Shown here one piece after another: positions 1 through 9,077 of a stretch of 32,000 nucleotides of DNA. Source of the stretch: Archaeoglobus fulgidus DSM 4304 (lineage in GTDB: Archaea > Halobacteriota > Archaeoglobi > Archaeoglobales > Archaeoglobaceae); contig NC_000917.1 in the NCBI RefSeq assembly GCF_000008665.1, forward strand, positions 2,040,001-2,072,000. Direction: 5' to 3'. Every line of letters starts with the position of its first letter. The first letter of the stretch is position 1. Below the pieces are notes generated by a model that was not told the origin of the DNA, ran no database searches, and worked only from the letters and a program-made list of their open reading frames with translations. The position numbers and the translations under genes are program-made.

Positions 1-711
1 CCACTTCCACTCCAAGCCCGCATCAATGAAGCTCGCTGCTGTGACAACTGCGGAGCGTATGTTGAAGAACTCAACGATGGCAATTGTGACAGCCTCCGCC
101 CTAAAGGGCAGAAACTTCAGGGATTCGGCCATAAGGTCGAACACACCAAGCTGGGAGAGCAAGGAGACTATGAAGTATGTTGCAGCCATAACTGCGCCTA
201 TTCTAACCACGTTCTGGGAAACAGAGAGGGGACTTAGCTCTGGAGCGCTCGTATCGCTGTTTTTCCGGCTTCTCGACAAAAGCAATCCTATGAGCGATTT
301 AATCGCAGCAACCGCAAATCTCACTGCGGTGTAAACCACTCCGGCAAATCCCAGAACTGGGATAACGAAGGGGATGAAGTAAGCGTACAGGTGGCTGAAA
401 ACGCTTGGAAAGGAGTTTAGAAAGGATATGGCAATGACCTCTCTATCATCAACCTTTTTCTCCCTCCAAGCCTGGGAGAGCATTGAGTAGCTTGCTGTCG
501 GGCTGACGAAGCAGGTGGCGAAGCTTATCACCGCGAACTCGCTCACGCCGAATTTTCTTAAAGCTGGCTGGAGGAAAAGGGCGAATCTCTCAAGGTATCC
601 CTTCTTTATAGAGTAGCTCACCGCGTAAATGGCTATTACGACGACAGGAAGGCTTTTGATTAGGAATGCTGCTGTGGAGTAAGCTGCCTTGCCGACGGCG
701 GATTCAATCAT
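1..711 (-). CDS. Membrane protein, nucleoside-recognition/gate-domain-like permease (partial, runs off the left edge)
   Basis: Manual minus-strand reading from ATG at 711: MIESAVGKAAYSTAAFLIKSLPVVVIAIYAVSYSIKKGYLERFA...FATCFVSPTASYSML...; hydrophobic segments; ATGA-type overlap with the 708..1307 stop. Family call from memory. Confidence 0.6.
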   Translation of the reverse strand, partial: MIESAVGKAAYSTAAFLIKSLPVVVIAIYAVSYSIKKGYLERFALFLQPALRKFGVSEFAVISFATCFVSPTASYSMLSQAWREKKVDDREVIAISFLNSFPSVFSHLYAYFIPFVIPVLGFAGVVYTAVRFAVAAIKSLIGLLLSRSRKNSDTSAPELSPLSVSQNVVRIGAVMAATYFIVSLLSQLGVFDLMAESLKFLPFRAEAVTIAIVEFFNIRSAVVTAASFIDAGLEWKW

Positions 712-1307
712 AGGTAATCAAAGAGCGTGGGCTGCTTTTTTCCGCACAGCTCGCCGATCTTCTTGAAGTCGCTCTCGTACTCCTCCCTTAGCTGAGGTCG
801 GTAGAGAACGGCTGCGGGATGGTAAATTGCGATAACCTTCACCTTTTTGCCCCACCTCTCCACCTCGTAAACCTTGCCCTTTACTCTGGAAATCGTCGTG
901 AATTCGAGGTCGAAAAGGTTGAAGATGAACTGAGCCGCAAACCGCCCGAGACAGACGATTACGTTCGGTCTGATTGCTTCAAGCTGCCTCACAAGGTAAT
1001 CTCCGCACTTTTCAACCTCCTCCGGAGTTGGGTCGCGGTTGTTGGGGGGTCGGCACTTGAGCACGTTGGTTATGTAAACGTCCTCCCTCCTCAAGCCGAT
1101 TGAAGCCAGCATCTCCGTCAGAAGCTTTCCGGCAGCACCGACAAACGGCTCCCCCTTTAAGTCCTCATCTCTGCCGGGAGCTTCTCCCACAAAAACGATT
1201 TCGGCCTTCTCATTTCCCACTCCAGGAACGTAGTTCGTTTTCGTTTTGTGGAGGTCGCATTTCCTGCAGCTCATGATTTCCCGGACTATGTCGTCCAGAG
1301 ACTCCAT
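708..1307 (-). CDS. udg: Family 4 (Fe-S) uracil-DNA glycosylase
   Basis: 199 aa; CRKCDLHKTKTNYVPG, GEAPGRDEDLKGEPFVGAAGKLL, NVLKCRPPNNRDPTPEEVEKC and HPAAVLYRP motifs typical of family 4 UDG; four Cys for the Fe-S cluster. Confidence 0.95.
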   Translation of the reverse strand: MESLDDIVREIMSCRKCDLHKTKTNYVPGVGNEKAEIVFVGEAPGRDEDLKGEPFVGAAGKLLTEMLASIGLRREDVYITNVLKCRPPNNRDPTPEEVEKCGDYLVRQLEAIRPNVIVCLGRFAAQFIFNLFDLEFTTISRVKGKVYEVERWGKKVKVIAIYHPAAVLYRPQLREEYESDFKKIGELCGKKQPTLFDYL

Positions 1308-1338
1308 CGCTCTAATGTTTAAGGCAAATTAAAATAGT

Positions 1339-2349
1339 TTGCTGATAAGAAGTTTTGTGGAGGCATCCCTTTACAGTAGAGTTGGGGACAAAGTGGTTTG
1401 CCAGCTATGCTGGAGATTCTGCAAGCTGGGGGATGGAGAGGAGGGACACTGCAGGGTGAGGAGAAACGAAGGGGGGAAAATTTTTACCACAACCTACGGC
1501 AAACTCAGCCACCTCGAAAGCAGACCGATCGAGATTAAGCCGTTCTTTCACTTCCTCCCCGGCTCCACCAGCATGACCTTCTCGACGTACTCGTGCAACT
1601 TTGACTGCCCCTGGTGCCAGAACTGGAGCATTTCCAAAGCAACCCCTCCGGAAGCGCTGAGGGAGACGAGCCCCGAAGAGGTGGTTGATTTGGCGCTGAT
1701 TATGGGGGATAAAAGTACCTGCGCAAGCCTGAACGAGCCGACCCTGCTTTACGAATACCTTCTTGACGTTTTCAGGCTTGCAAGGGAGAAGGGGCTGAAG
1801 AACACGATGGTCAGCAACGGCTACATGTCGATTTTAGCGTTGAAAAATTTGAAAAATGCTGGACTTGATGCTATAAACATTGACGTAAAGGGGGATGAGA
1901 GGGTTTACAGGGATTACTGCAATGCAGAAGTTGAGTATGTTTGGAGGGTGATCGAGAAAGCCACCAAACTGGGAATACATGTAGAGGTCGTTTGCCTGCT
2001 CGTCTCCAACGTGGTGGATGAGGAGGTGGTTAGGGAAATCGTTCGGGAGCACCTGAGGAGAGCTGGTAGCAGCATTCCAATCCACTTCACGCGCTATTTC
2101 CCCGCATACAGGTTCACAGCACCTCCGACGAGGATTGAGTTCCTGGAGTGGGCGGTGAAGCATGCGTATAAGGAGGGAGCCGAGTTCGCGTACATCGGCA
2201 ACGTCCCGGGGCACAGGTTTGAGAACACACACTGTCCCGACTGTGGGGAGCTTTTAATAAGAAGGTATTCCTTCTCCACTGTCGATAACAGAATTCGGAG
2301 CGGATGCTGCCCCAAGTGCGGGAGGGAGATTTACGGAGTTTGGGTTTGA
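1339..2349 (+). CDS. AmmeMemoRadiSam-type radical SAM protein (formerly annotated pyruvate formate-lyase activating enzyme-like)
   Basis: 336 aa; N-terminal CQLCWRFCKLGDGEEGHCRVRRN, radical SAM CxxxCxxC (YSCNFDCPWCQNW), C-terminal CPDCGE...CPKCG zinc-binding-like motifs. Confidence 0.88.
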   Translation: MLIRSFVEASLYSRVGDKVVCQLCWRFCKLGDGEEGHCRVRRNEGGKIFTTTYGKLSHLESRPIEIKPFFHFLPGSTSMTFSTYSCNFDCPWCQNWSISKATPPEALRETSPEEVVDLALIMGDKSTCASLNEPTLLYEYLLDVFRLAREKGLKNTMVSNGYMSILALKNLKNAGLDAINIDVKGDERVYRDYCNAEVEYVWRVIEKATKLGIHVEVVCLLVSNVVDEEVVREIVREHLRRAGSSIPIHFTRYFPAYRFTAPPTRIEFLEWAVKHAYKEGAEFAYIGNVPGHRFENTHCPDCGELLIRRYSFSTVDNRIRSGCCPKCGREIYGVWV

Positions 2350-2390
2350 GGGAGCAAACAAAATTTATTCATTCAGGTATAGAGATAACC

Positions 2391-2600
2391 ATGAACCCTT
2401 TCAAAGTTATGATAGGTTTTGCCGTGGTAATGCTCGGTCTCACCCTGCTCGCATTGAGCAGTGCTGAGAACGTGGAGTACGGAGGAGTGGTAATTATCGG
2501 TCCATTCCCCATCGTTTTCGGCTCATCACCTGACATTGCCGTTCTTATGGTATTTGTAGCTTTAATTCTAATTCTTCTGCCCCTGCTGATGAGGTGGTAG
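2391..2600 (+). CDS. Small membrane protein, DUF131/TIGR00304-like
   Basis: MNPFKVMIGFAVVMLGLTLLALSSAENVEYGGVVIIGPFPIVFGSSPDIAVLMVFVALILILLPLLMRW; two TM helices around a GGVVxIGPxPIVFG core; ATG at 2391 preferred over 2304, which overlaps the upstream gene. Confidence 0.75.
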   Translation: MNPFKVMIGFAVVMLGLTLLALSSAENVEYGGVVIIGPFPIVFGSSPDIAVLMVFVALILILLPLLMRW

Positions 2601-2601
2601 C

Positions 2602-2904
2602 ATGCTGGCCTTGCTTTCCCTCATCATAATCCTTCTTGGGATTTATCTGATCATTTCGGGCTTAAGAGAGCCATTCTGGATCGAAGAATGGGAGGATGAG
2701 GAAGAGGATGAGAGAGAATACGAGAGAAGGAGAATCTCAGAACGCCGGAAATCGGATGAGCCAAAAAGGGAAGTGAAAGGAGGAGGGGTCGTTCTGATAG
2801 GGCCCATACCAATCGTATTCGGCGATAGCAAGTACGCCTTCCTCTCCCTCCTTCTGGCAATAATCCTGATGCTCCTCTCCATCGCCGTAATTCTCATTTC
2901 ATAG
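2602..2904 (+). CDS. Small membrane protein, DUF131/TIGR00304-like, tandem paralog
   Basis: 100 aa; GGGVVLIGPIPIVFGDSKYA core matches the preceding ORF; acidic/basic insert between the TM helices. Confidence 0.75.
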   Translation: MLALLSLIIILLGIYLIISGLREPFWIEEWEDEEEDEREYERRRISERRKSDEPKREVKGGGVVLIGPIPIVFGDSKYAFLSLLLAIILMLLSIAVILIS

Positions 2905-2931
2905 CGATAAGCACAGCTGTACATATCGGAA

Positions 2932-2942
2932 ATTATATATTT
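2932..2942 (+). promoter_or_regulatory. Archaeal TATA-like element upstream of aor
   Basis: attatatattt, about 29-39 nt upstream of ATG 2971. Confidence 0.45.
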
Positions 2943-2970
2943 TTTCAAATCAAATGGTATTGGTGATTTT

Positions 2971-4812
2971 ATGGCAGGAGGTTATATGGGCAAAATTTTG
3001 AAGGTGAATTTGAGCGAGGGGAGCATAAAGGAGCTCCCGATTGATGAGGAAATAGCCAGAAAATACCTTGGCGGGAAGGGATATGCAGTAAGACTTCTTT
3101 ACGACTACCTCACCGAGTACGAGAGGCTCGGAATCGCCCCAGAGGACATCGACCCGCTCGGGGAGGAGAACGTTCTGATTTTCGCTACTGGCCCTGCGAC
3201 GGGTGTTATAGGCTTTCCAGAACCGGGAAGGTACCACGTCATGACTCTCAGAAGCCCGCTAACCGGAGGGATTGGCTCCGCAAACAGCGGTGGCAGATTT
3301 GGACCGTACATGAAGTTTGCGGGCTACGACATGATTATTGTGGAGGGCAAAAGCGAGGAGCCCGTTTACCTCGAGGTAATTGATGGTTCTGCAGAGATAA
3401 AGTGCGCAAAGGACCTTTGGGGCAAAAACACCTTCGACACCACGAGAATTCTCACAAAGAGAGCTGGAGGAAACTGCAGCGTCGCATGCATCGGTCCCGC
3501 GGGAGAGAATCTAGTCCATATTGCCTGCATAATAAACGAAGAGCACAGAGCTGCAGGGAGAACGGGAGTTGGAGCCGTTATGGGCTCGAAGAAGCTAAAG
3601 GCGATCGTCGTCAAAGGCTCGGAGAGGCCGGAAATAGCCAAGCCCGACGAGTTCAAGGCTGCATCAAAGGAAATGCTGGACAAGATCAAGCAGAACCCGG
3701 TAACGGGAGAGGGTCTGCCGAAGTACGGAACAGCGGTGCTGGTTAACGTGATAAACAACGCCGGAGCGTTGCCCTACAAGAACTGGCAGGAGGCGTACAA
3801 CGAGAAGGCGGATGAAATCAGCGGAGAAACACTGGAGGCGAAGTACCTGAGGAAGAGGGTCGCATGCTGGGGCTGCAGCATAGGGTGCGGAAGGGCGACG
3901 GAGGTTAAGACCGGTCCGTTCAAGGTCCTCAACACTGAAGGGCCTGAGTACGAGTCAATTTGGGCTCTCGGTAACGATACTGCAGTGATAAACCTTGAGG
4001 CGGTTATCAAGGCCAACCACTTCTGCGACGAGCTTGGCATAGACACAATCTCAATGGGTTCAACAATTGCCTGTGCGATGGAGCTTTACGAGAAGGGCTA
4101 CATAAAGGACGAGGACCTTCAGGGACTCGATTTGTCCTTCGGCAGCGATGCGGCGATGGTTGAGGCTGTGTGGAGAACTGCGTACAAGACTGGTATAGGG
4201 AAGTACCTGGCTTTGGGCAGCAAAAGGTTGGCAGAGATCTTCGGCGCACCTGAGCTTTCGATGAGCGTTAAGGGACTTGAGATGCCTGCCTACGACCCAA
4301 GAGGCATAAAGGGCATAGGACTGAACTACGCAACCGCAAACAGAGGAGGTTGCCACGTTACCGGCTACACGGTCTCGCCGGAAATTGTGGGGCTGCCTGA
4401 GAAAATCGACCCACTCACCTACGAAGGAAAGGCCGCATGGGTTAAGGCCTTCCAGGACTTCACCTGTGTGGTGAACTCCGCGGTGAACTGCCTCTTCACG
4501 ACCTTCGCTCTCGGTGCAGAGGACTATGCGGTGCTGCTCTCCCACATCACAGGATGGGATTTGAACGCTGACGAGATAATGAAAATTGGAGAGAGAATTT
4601 ACAACCTCGAGAGAGTTATACTCAACAAGTACGGCTTCGACGGCAAGGATGACACACTTCCGAAGCGCTTGCTAACCGAACCGCTTAAGGAGGGGCCAGC
4701 CAAGGGACAGGTCGTTGAGCTGGACAGGATGAAGGAGGAGTACTATCAGCTAAGAGGCTGGGAGAACGGAGTTCCGACAAAAGAGAAATTGAAGGAGCTG
4801 GACATCCCCTAA
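2971..4812 (+). CDS. aor: Tungsten-containing aldehyde:ferredoxin oxidoreductase
   Basis: 613 aa; MGKILKVNLSEGSIKELPIDEEIARKYLGGKGYA; FATGPATG; CxxCxxxC (CWGCSIGCGR); C-terminal motif FTCVVNSAVNCLF. Confidence 0.93.
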   Translation: MAGGYMGKILKVNLSEGSIKELPIDEEIARKYLGGKGYAVRLLYDYLTEYERLGIAPEDIDPLGEENVLIFATGPATGVIGFPEPGRYHVMTLRSPLTGGIGSANSGGRFGPYMKFAGYDMIIVEGKSEEPVYLEVIDGSAEIKCAKDLWGKNTFDTTRILTKRAGGNCSVACIGPAGENLVHIACIINEEHRAAGRTGVGAVMGSKKLKAIVVKGSERPEIAKPDEFKAASKEMLDKIKQNPVTGEGLPKYGTAVLVNVINNAGALPYKNWQEAYNEKADEISGETLEAKYLRKRVACWGCSIGCGRATEVKTGPFKVLNTEGPEYESIWALGNDTAVINLEAVIKANHFCDELGIDTISMGSTIACAMELYEKGYIKDEDLQGLDLSFGSDAAMVEAVWRTAYKTGIGKYLALGSKRLAEIFGAPELSMSVKGLEMPAYDPRGIKGIGLNYATANRGGCHVTGYTVSPEIVGLPEKIDPLTYEGKAAWVKAFQDFTCVVNSAVNCLFTTFALGAEDYAVLLSHITGWDLNADEIMKIGERIYNLERVILNKYGFDGKDDTLPKRLLTEPLKEGPAKGQVVELDRMKEEYYQLRGWENGVPTKEKLKELDIP

Positions 4813-4816
4813 TTTT

Positions 4817-5611
4817 TTACTGGATCTCTTCAATTATTTTGTTCATTTCCTCGGCCTTGCTTCTCAGGATTTCGAGGGCTTTTTTCATAACTTCCCTGAC
4901 CGGCAGCGCACCCGTTCCCTCAACCGTGAAAAGGAAGTTGTTCGTTTCGTTCACGCTGATGGCGTTCATCTCACAGACCTCTACGCACTCCCCGCACATC
5001 GAGCAGGCCATAACATTCTTAACTCTGACCTTATCTCCATCCTTCTCGAAAACGTTTCTCGGGCAGGCTTCGATGCAGTCTCCACAACCGTTGCAGTTCT
5101 CGTTAACAACAATTTCCGGTATTATCTTGTAAACGCACACAGAGACGGGCTGGAACTTTGCGTGCTCTCTCCCCGTGCCCAGCCTCGCAACAGCCTCAAG
5201 CATCAACTGCTGACCCTCAAAAAGCTCCAGAACCGGGATGTTGTCTATAGCGAAAACGACATCCGGGTCATCGCTGATGAAATCTCCTGAGTAAACAACC
5301 TTTGGTCCCTCGACGTTAAGCCTGAAGGATATCTGGCAGTTGGGACACCCCTCTCCACCGCAAGAGCATTCGCTCTGCATGTTGAACCTGTCGAGGTAGG
5401 TTTTTATGGGAAGCATCGCCAGTCTGTGAGCTATAACCTCGTCGTAGAAGTAGCTTGAGTTGAGGTAGATGTCAACGTAATCAACTGCCATTGCCGGAAC
5501 TTCTGCCTTCATCGCTCTTCTGAAGGAGTTTGCAAGCGCTGGAGAAGCGTTTTTCAAAATAAATTTAATTTTAAAATCCTTTTCTTCCAGAATTTCAATT
5601 TCTGGCATCAT
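4817..5611 (-). CDS. rpoD: DNA-directed RNA polymerase subunit D with two [4Fe-4S] ferredoxin motifs
   Basis: 264 aa; ANSFRRAMKAEVPAMAVDYV, AHRLAMLPI; internal CNGCGDCIEACP and CSMCGECVEVCE. Confidence 0.97.
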   Translation of the reverse strand: MMPEIEILEEKDFKIKFILKNASPALANSFRRAMKAEVPAMAVDYVDIYLNSSYFYDEVIAHRLAMLPIKTYLDRFNMQSECSCGGEGCPNCQISFRLNVEGPKVVYSGDFISDDPDVVFAIDNIPVLELFEGQQLMLEAVARLGTGREHAKFQPVSVCVYKIIPEIVVNENCNGCGDCIEACPRNVFEKDGDKVRVKNVMACSMCGECVEVCEMNAISVNETNNFLFTVEGTGALPVREVMKKALEILRSKAEEMNKIIEEIQ

Positions 5612-6012
5612 CAGACTCTCCTGCCTCTCTTACCTCCCGGAGGTCTCGTTCCGTCGTGCGGAATTGGCGTAACGTCTTCAATTCTTCCTATCTTAAGCCC
5701 TGCCCTTGCAAGGGCTCTTATCGCCGCCTGCGCCCCAGGGCCGGGAGTTGTGTGCTTGTTTCCTCCCGGAGCCCTAACCTTTATGTGCACACCGTCAATT
5801 CCCTTTTCCTTCGCTATCGCTGCAGCCCTAAGTGCCGCCTGCATTGCGGTGTAAGGGTTGCCCTCATCTCTGTCGGCCTTGACGATCATTCCGCCGCTTA
5901 CTCTTGCAATTATCTCCGCTCCGGTTATGTCTGTAATCGTGATAATCGTGTTGTTGTATGACGAGTAGATGTGAGCTATCCCCCACCTTCCTCCCTTCTT
6001 CTTCTCGGCCAT
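5611..6012 (-). CDS. rps11: 30S ribosomal protein S11
   Basis: 133 aa; [54 protein letters not shown]. Confidence 0.97.
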   Translation of the reverse strand: MAEKKKGGRWGIAHIYSSYNNTIITITDITGAEIIARVSGGMIVKADRDEGNPYTAMQAALRAAAIAKEKGIDGVHIKVRAPGGNKHTTPGPGAQAAIRALARAGLKIGRIEDVTPIPHDGTRPPGGKRGRRV

Positions 6013-6530
6013 CAGACCACCTCAGTCTTTGCAAGAGGAGAATTCCTGTAGAAGGAAATTTTGCTCTCAAGCTCTTTGGTTACGATAAAGCTTGGAGAGG
6101 TGACTCTCCTTCCGTCAACAGCGATGTGACCGTGAGTTATGAACTGCCTCGCCTGCTTTATGGTCCTTGCCAGGCCCTGCCTGTAAACCATCGTCTGAAG
6201 CCTCCTCTCAAGGAAGTCCTCAACGCTGAGGTTCAGGATGTCGTCGAGAGTTGCGTTTTCAGGCAGTATGCCCATCTTGTTAAGCTTCTTGATGACCGTC
6301 TGGGCTTTTGCCTTTGCAATCTCACCTTCCTTGCCCGGAAGCCCAATTTCAGCGAGGAGGTCTCGGGCAACTCTCCTGTACTTCCTCAGAATATTCTGGA
6401 ATCTCCAGAGCTCTCTCTTGTTCCTGAGACCGTATTTTATCACCAGCTGCATCTCCTTCTCAAGTCTGGCCTTATCCCAGGGATGAGTTGGAGTTGTGTA
6501 CTTCTTTCTGTGTCGCTTTGGATCGCCCAT
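6012..6530 (-). CDS. rps4: 30S ribosomal protein S4
   Basis: 172 aa; [25 protein letters not shown]; S4 RNA-binding domain [21 protein letters not shown]. Confidence 0.97.
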
Positions 6531-6535
6531 CTAAA

Positions 6536-6976
6536 TCACCTCTTCCTCCTAACAACACCGACTGTTCTGCCCTTCCTTCCAGTTGACCTCGTTCTCTGAC
6601 CTCTGACCTTCTTGCCCCTCGCATGCCTGACGCCGCGATAGGCCTTCATCTTAATCAGTCTCTCTATGTCCAGCATTCTGGCGAAGTCAACATCCTTCGA
6701 CAGAAGGTGAAGGTCCTGGCCGGAGTAGGGGTCCTTTCTTCTGTTCAGTAGCCACGACGGGAGCGATTCGATTTCCTCCTCAACAAATTTCTTAACCTTC
6801 TCGATCGTCTCGTCGTCGAGCTCTCCGAGCTTCGCCCTTCCGTCCACTCCGAGCTCGTTGACTATACATCTCGCCGCTCTGAGCCCAATCCCCTTTATCC
6901 CTGTGAGAGCGAACATGAGACTCTTGTTCCCGTCCAGATCCGTATCGGCAATTCTCACGATATGCTTGAACGTCAT
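6536..6976 (-). CDS. rps13: 30S ribosomal protein S13
   Basis: 146 aa; FKHIVRIADTDLDGNKSLMFALTGIKGIGLRAA; RGVRHARGKKVRGQRTRSTGRKG. Confidence 0.97.
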   Translation of the reverse strand: MTFKHIVRIADTDLDGNKSLMFALTGIKGIGLRAARCIVNELGVDGRAKLGELDDETIEKVKKFVEEEIESLPSWLLNRRKDPYSGQDLHLLSKDVDFARMLDIERLIKMKAYRGVRHARGKKVRGQRTRSTGRKGRTVGVVRRKR

Positions 6977-7011
6977 AACATCACCGTCTAAGAGGAAGCA
7001 AGCCTGTAAGG

Positions 7012-7020
7012 ATATTTAAA
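7012..7020 (-). promoter_or_regulatory. Archaeal TATA-like element for the rps13-rps4-rps11-rpoD operon
   Basis: Minus strand TTTAAATAT about 35-45 nt upstream of the S13 start. Confidence 0.5.
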
Positions 7021-7080
7021 GGTTATGTGCCCCCCTTCAATTGAGGATTATTCCAATTTTAGCATTTAATTCGCCGCTCT

Positions 7081-8034
7081 TCACTTTTTTCTTGTAACCA
7101 AGAAGTCGGTAAGTTCCAGCAGTGTTTCCTTGGCTTTGCTTTCAGGCAGAACTTCGAGCTTTCTTTTCGCCTCTTCAGCCATCTTTCTTGCCATGCTGGC
7201 AGCGTAATCAATCGCACCACACTCTCTTAACTTTTCGATATCATCTCTAATCTCAGAGACGTCCGCCTTTTCCTTTCCAAACGTCTTTAGCTTCACTCCC
7301 TTTTCGAACGCCTTTATGACAATCAGGGTTTTCTTCCCTTTAAGCAGGTCGCTTCCCCAGTCCTTTCCGGTCTCCTCAGTCAGGTCAAGCAGGTCGTCCT
7401 GGATCTGGAAGCCAATACCGCTAAGAACTCCGTAGTCCCACAGCGCCTTTACAATTTCCTCGCTCTCCCCAAAAAGCACCGCAGGTAATGCTGCAGAAGC
7501 TGCAATCAGCACTCCGGTCTTCAGCTCGACCATCCTGAGATACTCCTCCTCGGAAACGCTCTCCTTTTTCTCAAAGCTCATGTCGTAGTACTGCCCCTCG
7601 CATATTTTTATGCAAACGTCCGAAAGCATTTCTGTAGCTTTTCTGATTCCCTCGCTCTCAACATCGCACTTTGTCAGCAGCTTGAAGGCTTCAGCAAAGA
7701 GTGTGTCGCCTGCTAAAATGGCCGTCGCTTCCCCATAAACCCTGTGTACCGTCGGAACTCCCCTCCTCATCTCGTCCCTGTCCATTATGTCGTCATGCAC
7801 GAGGGTGAAGTTGTGGATTGTTTCAATGCTGACAGCAGCCGGGATAATCTTTCTGTAGTCTTTCCCAAGGGCTTCGACTGCTAAGAGGCTTATTACAGGC
7901 CTTAGCCTCTTGCCACCTGCTTTGATCAGATGCCTTGCGGCTTTGTAGAGTCCAATCGGCTCCCTTTCGGGCAGAAGCTCTTCAATGGCTTTGTTGATTA
8001 TTTCGGCCCTTTTCGCTATTTCCTCCTTCAGCAT
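7081..8034 (-). CDS. gpsA: Geranylgeranyl/farnesyl diphosphate synthase (trans-prenyltransferase)
   Basis: GGKRLRPVISLL; first Asp-rich motif DDIMDRDE; second motif GFQIQDDLLDLTEETGKDWGSD; start at M10 (8034) avoids overlap with the upstream gene. Confidence 0.93.
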   Translation of the reverse strand: MLKEEIAKRAEIINKAIEELLPEREPIGLYKAARHLIKAGGKRLRPVISLLAVEALGKDYRKIIPAAVSIETIHNFTLVHDDIMDRDEMRRGVPTVHRVYGEATAILAGDTLFAEAFKLLTKCDVESEGIRKATEMLSDVCIKICEGQYYDMSFEKKESVSEEEYLRMVELKTGVLIAASAALPAVLFGESEEIVKALWDYGVLSGIGFQIQDDLLDLTEETGKDWGSDLLKGKKTLIVIKAFEKGVKLKTFGKEKADVSEIRDDIEKLRECGAIDYAASMARKMAEEAKRKLEVLPESKAKETLLELTDFLVTRKK

Positions 8035-8039
8035 GGCAA

Positions 8040-9077
8040 TCAACCTCTGAAATCGATCCACTCTTTCAACCTTCCCGAAACGAAAACTTTTAGGCCCTTT
8101 AGCTCCTCAACGTTTTTGCAGCCCGTTAAAAACATTGCCGTTTTTAATCCCCTCCTGAAGTACTCGATTTCCTCCCTTACCTTCTCAGCACTCTCAACCG
8201 CTGCCCTGAGGAAGGGCAAGGCCGCGCTTCCCAACTCGGCCCCGATTGCTATGGACTTCGCCACGTCAAGGCCGCTCCTCAGTCCGCCCGTGGCGATGAC
8301 GGGCAGAATTCCCCTGCAATCAACGATGCTGAAGGCTGTTGGCAATCCCCAGTCCCAGAAGTCAATACCCACCGACTTGGAGACCTCATCGTTAACCCTG
8401 TAAACTTCAACGCCGCTGAACGTCGTTCCACCCTTACCTCCAACGTCTATCGCTGAAACGCCCGCCCTCTTCAGCATTACTGCAACCTCTCTGCTTATCC
8501 CCGCTCCCGTTTCCTTTGCGATAACCGGAACCTTCACGGATCTGCATACCTCTTCCAGGACCTCCAGGCCCTTTTCCGCGTTCAAATCACCCTCCGGCTG
8601 AATTGCCTCCTGAAGGTAGTTGAGGTGAATCGCAACCGCATCGGCATCAATCATCTCCACAGCCCTGTCAACAATCTCAACCCCCCTCTCTATAACCTGA
8701 GGCATTCCAATGTTCGCATAGACAAACGCATTCGGAGCCTTCTCCCTTACAACAGTAAAGCTGTCCGCAAGGCTCTCATCCTCTATCGCCGCCCTCTGAC
8801 TTCCGACACCCATGCCTATCCCGGCCTCCTCCACCGCTTCACCCAAACGGGCGTTGATTTCCTTCGTTTCGGGATGCCCACCGGTCATAGAGGCGATGAG
8901 GAGGGGAAACGAAAGCTTTTTCCCAAAAAACTCGATTTCTGTGTCAATCTTCCAGTAATCGACCTCGGGAAGAGCCTTGTGAATCAGCATCACGTCTTCA
9001 AGTCCCGTGTATCCTGACTCAACCTCCTCTTCGAGGCAGATTTTCAGGTGGTCAATCTTCCTCTTCGAAGTGCTCAG
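8040..9077 (-). CDS. fni: Type 2 isopentenyl-diphosphate delta-isomerase; start extended upstream to a CTG codon
   Basis: ALPEVDYWKIDTEIEFFGKKLSFPLLIASMTGGH; ANIGMPQ; HLNYLQEAIQPEGD; ATGGLRSGLDVAKSIAIGA. In-frame upstream sequence STSKRKIDHLKICLEEEVESGYTGLEDV matches the family N-terminus; Shine-Dalgarno GGAGGTGAT at 9089-9081. Confidence 0.9.
   Translation of the reverse strand: MSTSKRKIDHLKICLEEEVESGYTGLEDVMLIHKALPEVDYWKIDTEIEFFGKKLSFPLLIASMTGGHPETKEINARLGEAVEEAGIGMGVGSQRAAIEDESLADSFTVVREKAPNAFVYANIGMPQVIERGVEIVDRAVEMIDADAVAIHLNYLQEAIQPEGDLNAEKGLEVLEEVCRSVKVPVIAKETGAGISREVAVMLKRAGVSAIDVGGKGGTTFSGVEVYRVNDEVSKSVGIDFWDWGLPTAFSIVDCRGILPVIATGGLRSGLDVAKSIAIGAELGSAALPFLRAAVESAEKVREEIEYFRRGLKTAMFLTGCKNVEELKGLKVFVSGRLKEWIDFRG

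Noticed and set aside
26-334. 102-aa plus-strand ORF
   Set aside because: Antisense to a minus-strand membrane protein frame that starts at 711 with an ATGA overlap; no recognisable domain.
819-1103. 94-aa plus-strand ORF inside udg
   Set aside because: Fully antisense to a confidently identified gene.
4060-4545. 161-aa minus-strand ORF inside aor
   Set aside because: Long antisense ORFs are expected from GC-rich third positions; no family features.
5958-6599. 213-aa plus-strand ORF over rps4/rps11
   Set aside because: Antisense to ribosomal protein genes; sequence is not protein-like.
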